From Deltaproteobacteria bacterium (GTDB lineage Bacteria; SAR324; NAC60-12), in the NCBI GenBank assembly GCA_038150265.1, contig JAYOTF010000015.1, positions 1 through 26,513 on the forward strand: a DNA stretch of 26,513 nt. The letters run 5' to 3'. Both the position numbers and the translations under genes were made by a program. Shown piece after piece: positions 26,501 through 26,513 of this stretch (positions within the stretch are counted from its first letter, which is position 1; every line of letters starts with the position of its first letter). The notes under the pieces are model-generated. The model did not search any database. It saw nothing but the letters and a program-made list of their open reading frames with translations, and had not been told where the DNA came from.

Positions 26501-26513
26501 GAAGAAGAAGGCC

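Overview
GC-rich (roughly 62% by eye), gene-dense bacterial chromosomal window with no phage, CRISPR, rRNA or tRNA. The gene set (hrcA with CIRCE, sthA, csaA, outer-membrane proteins, long SecG/YidC) indicates a Gram-negative organism. A deltaproteobacterial/SAR324-like lineage is my guess only. Left to right: a ~250-bp MITE-like element with REP-type hairpins; an accessory catabolic regulon (divergent DUF1028 Ntn-hydrolase | Dpp/Opp-type ABC transporter with a fused permease-ATPase, NAGGN-type M42 peptidase, M20 amidohydrolase, FadR/GntR regulator) with two identical 18-bp palindromic operators; tpiA-secG-sixA-thioesterase; a triple-HTH protein coupled to an orphan, degenerate GspE/PilB ATPase, divergent from two outer-membrane beta-barrel genes; csaA; a Moco RNA motif plus moaA; rpmH-rnpA-yidD-yidC detached from dnaA; DHH phosphoesterase, aroC, PHP histidinol-phosphatase, sthA, and CIRCE-hrcA. 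The strongest non-gene signal is the palindrome TCCGGA: about 89 copies by hand count versus about 9 expected, in all three codon phases, resembling a HIP1-like highly iterated palindrome.
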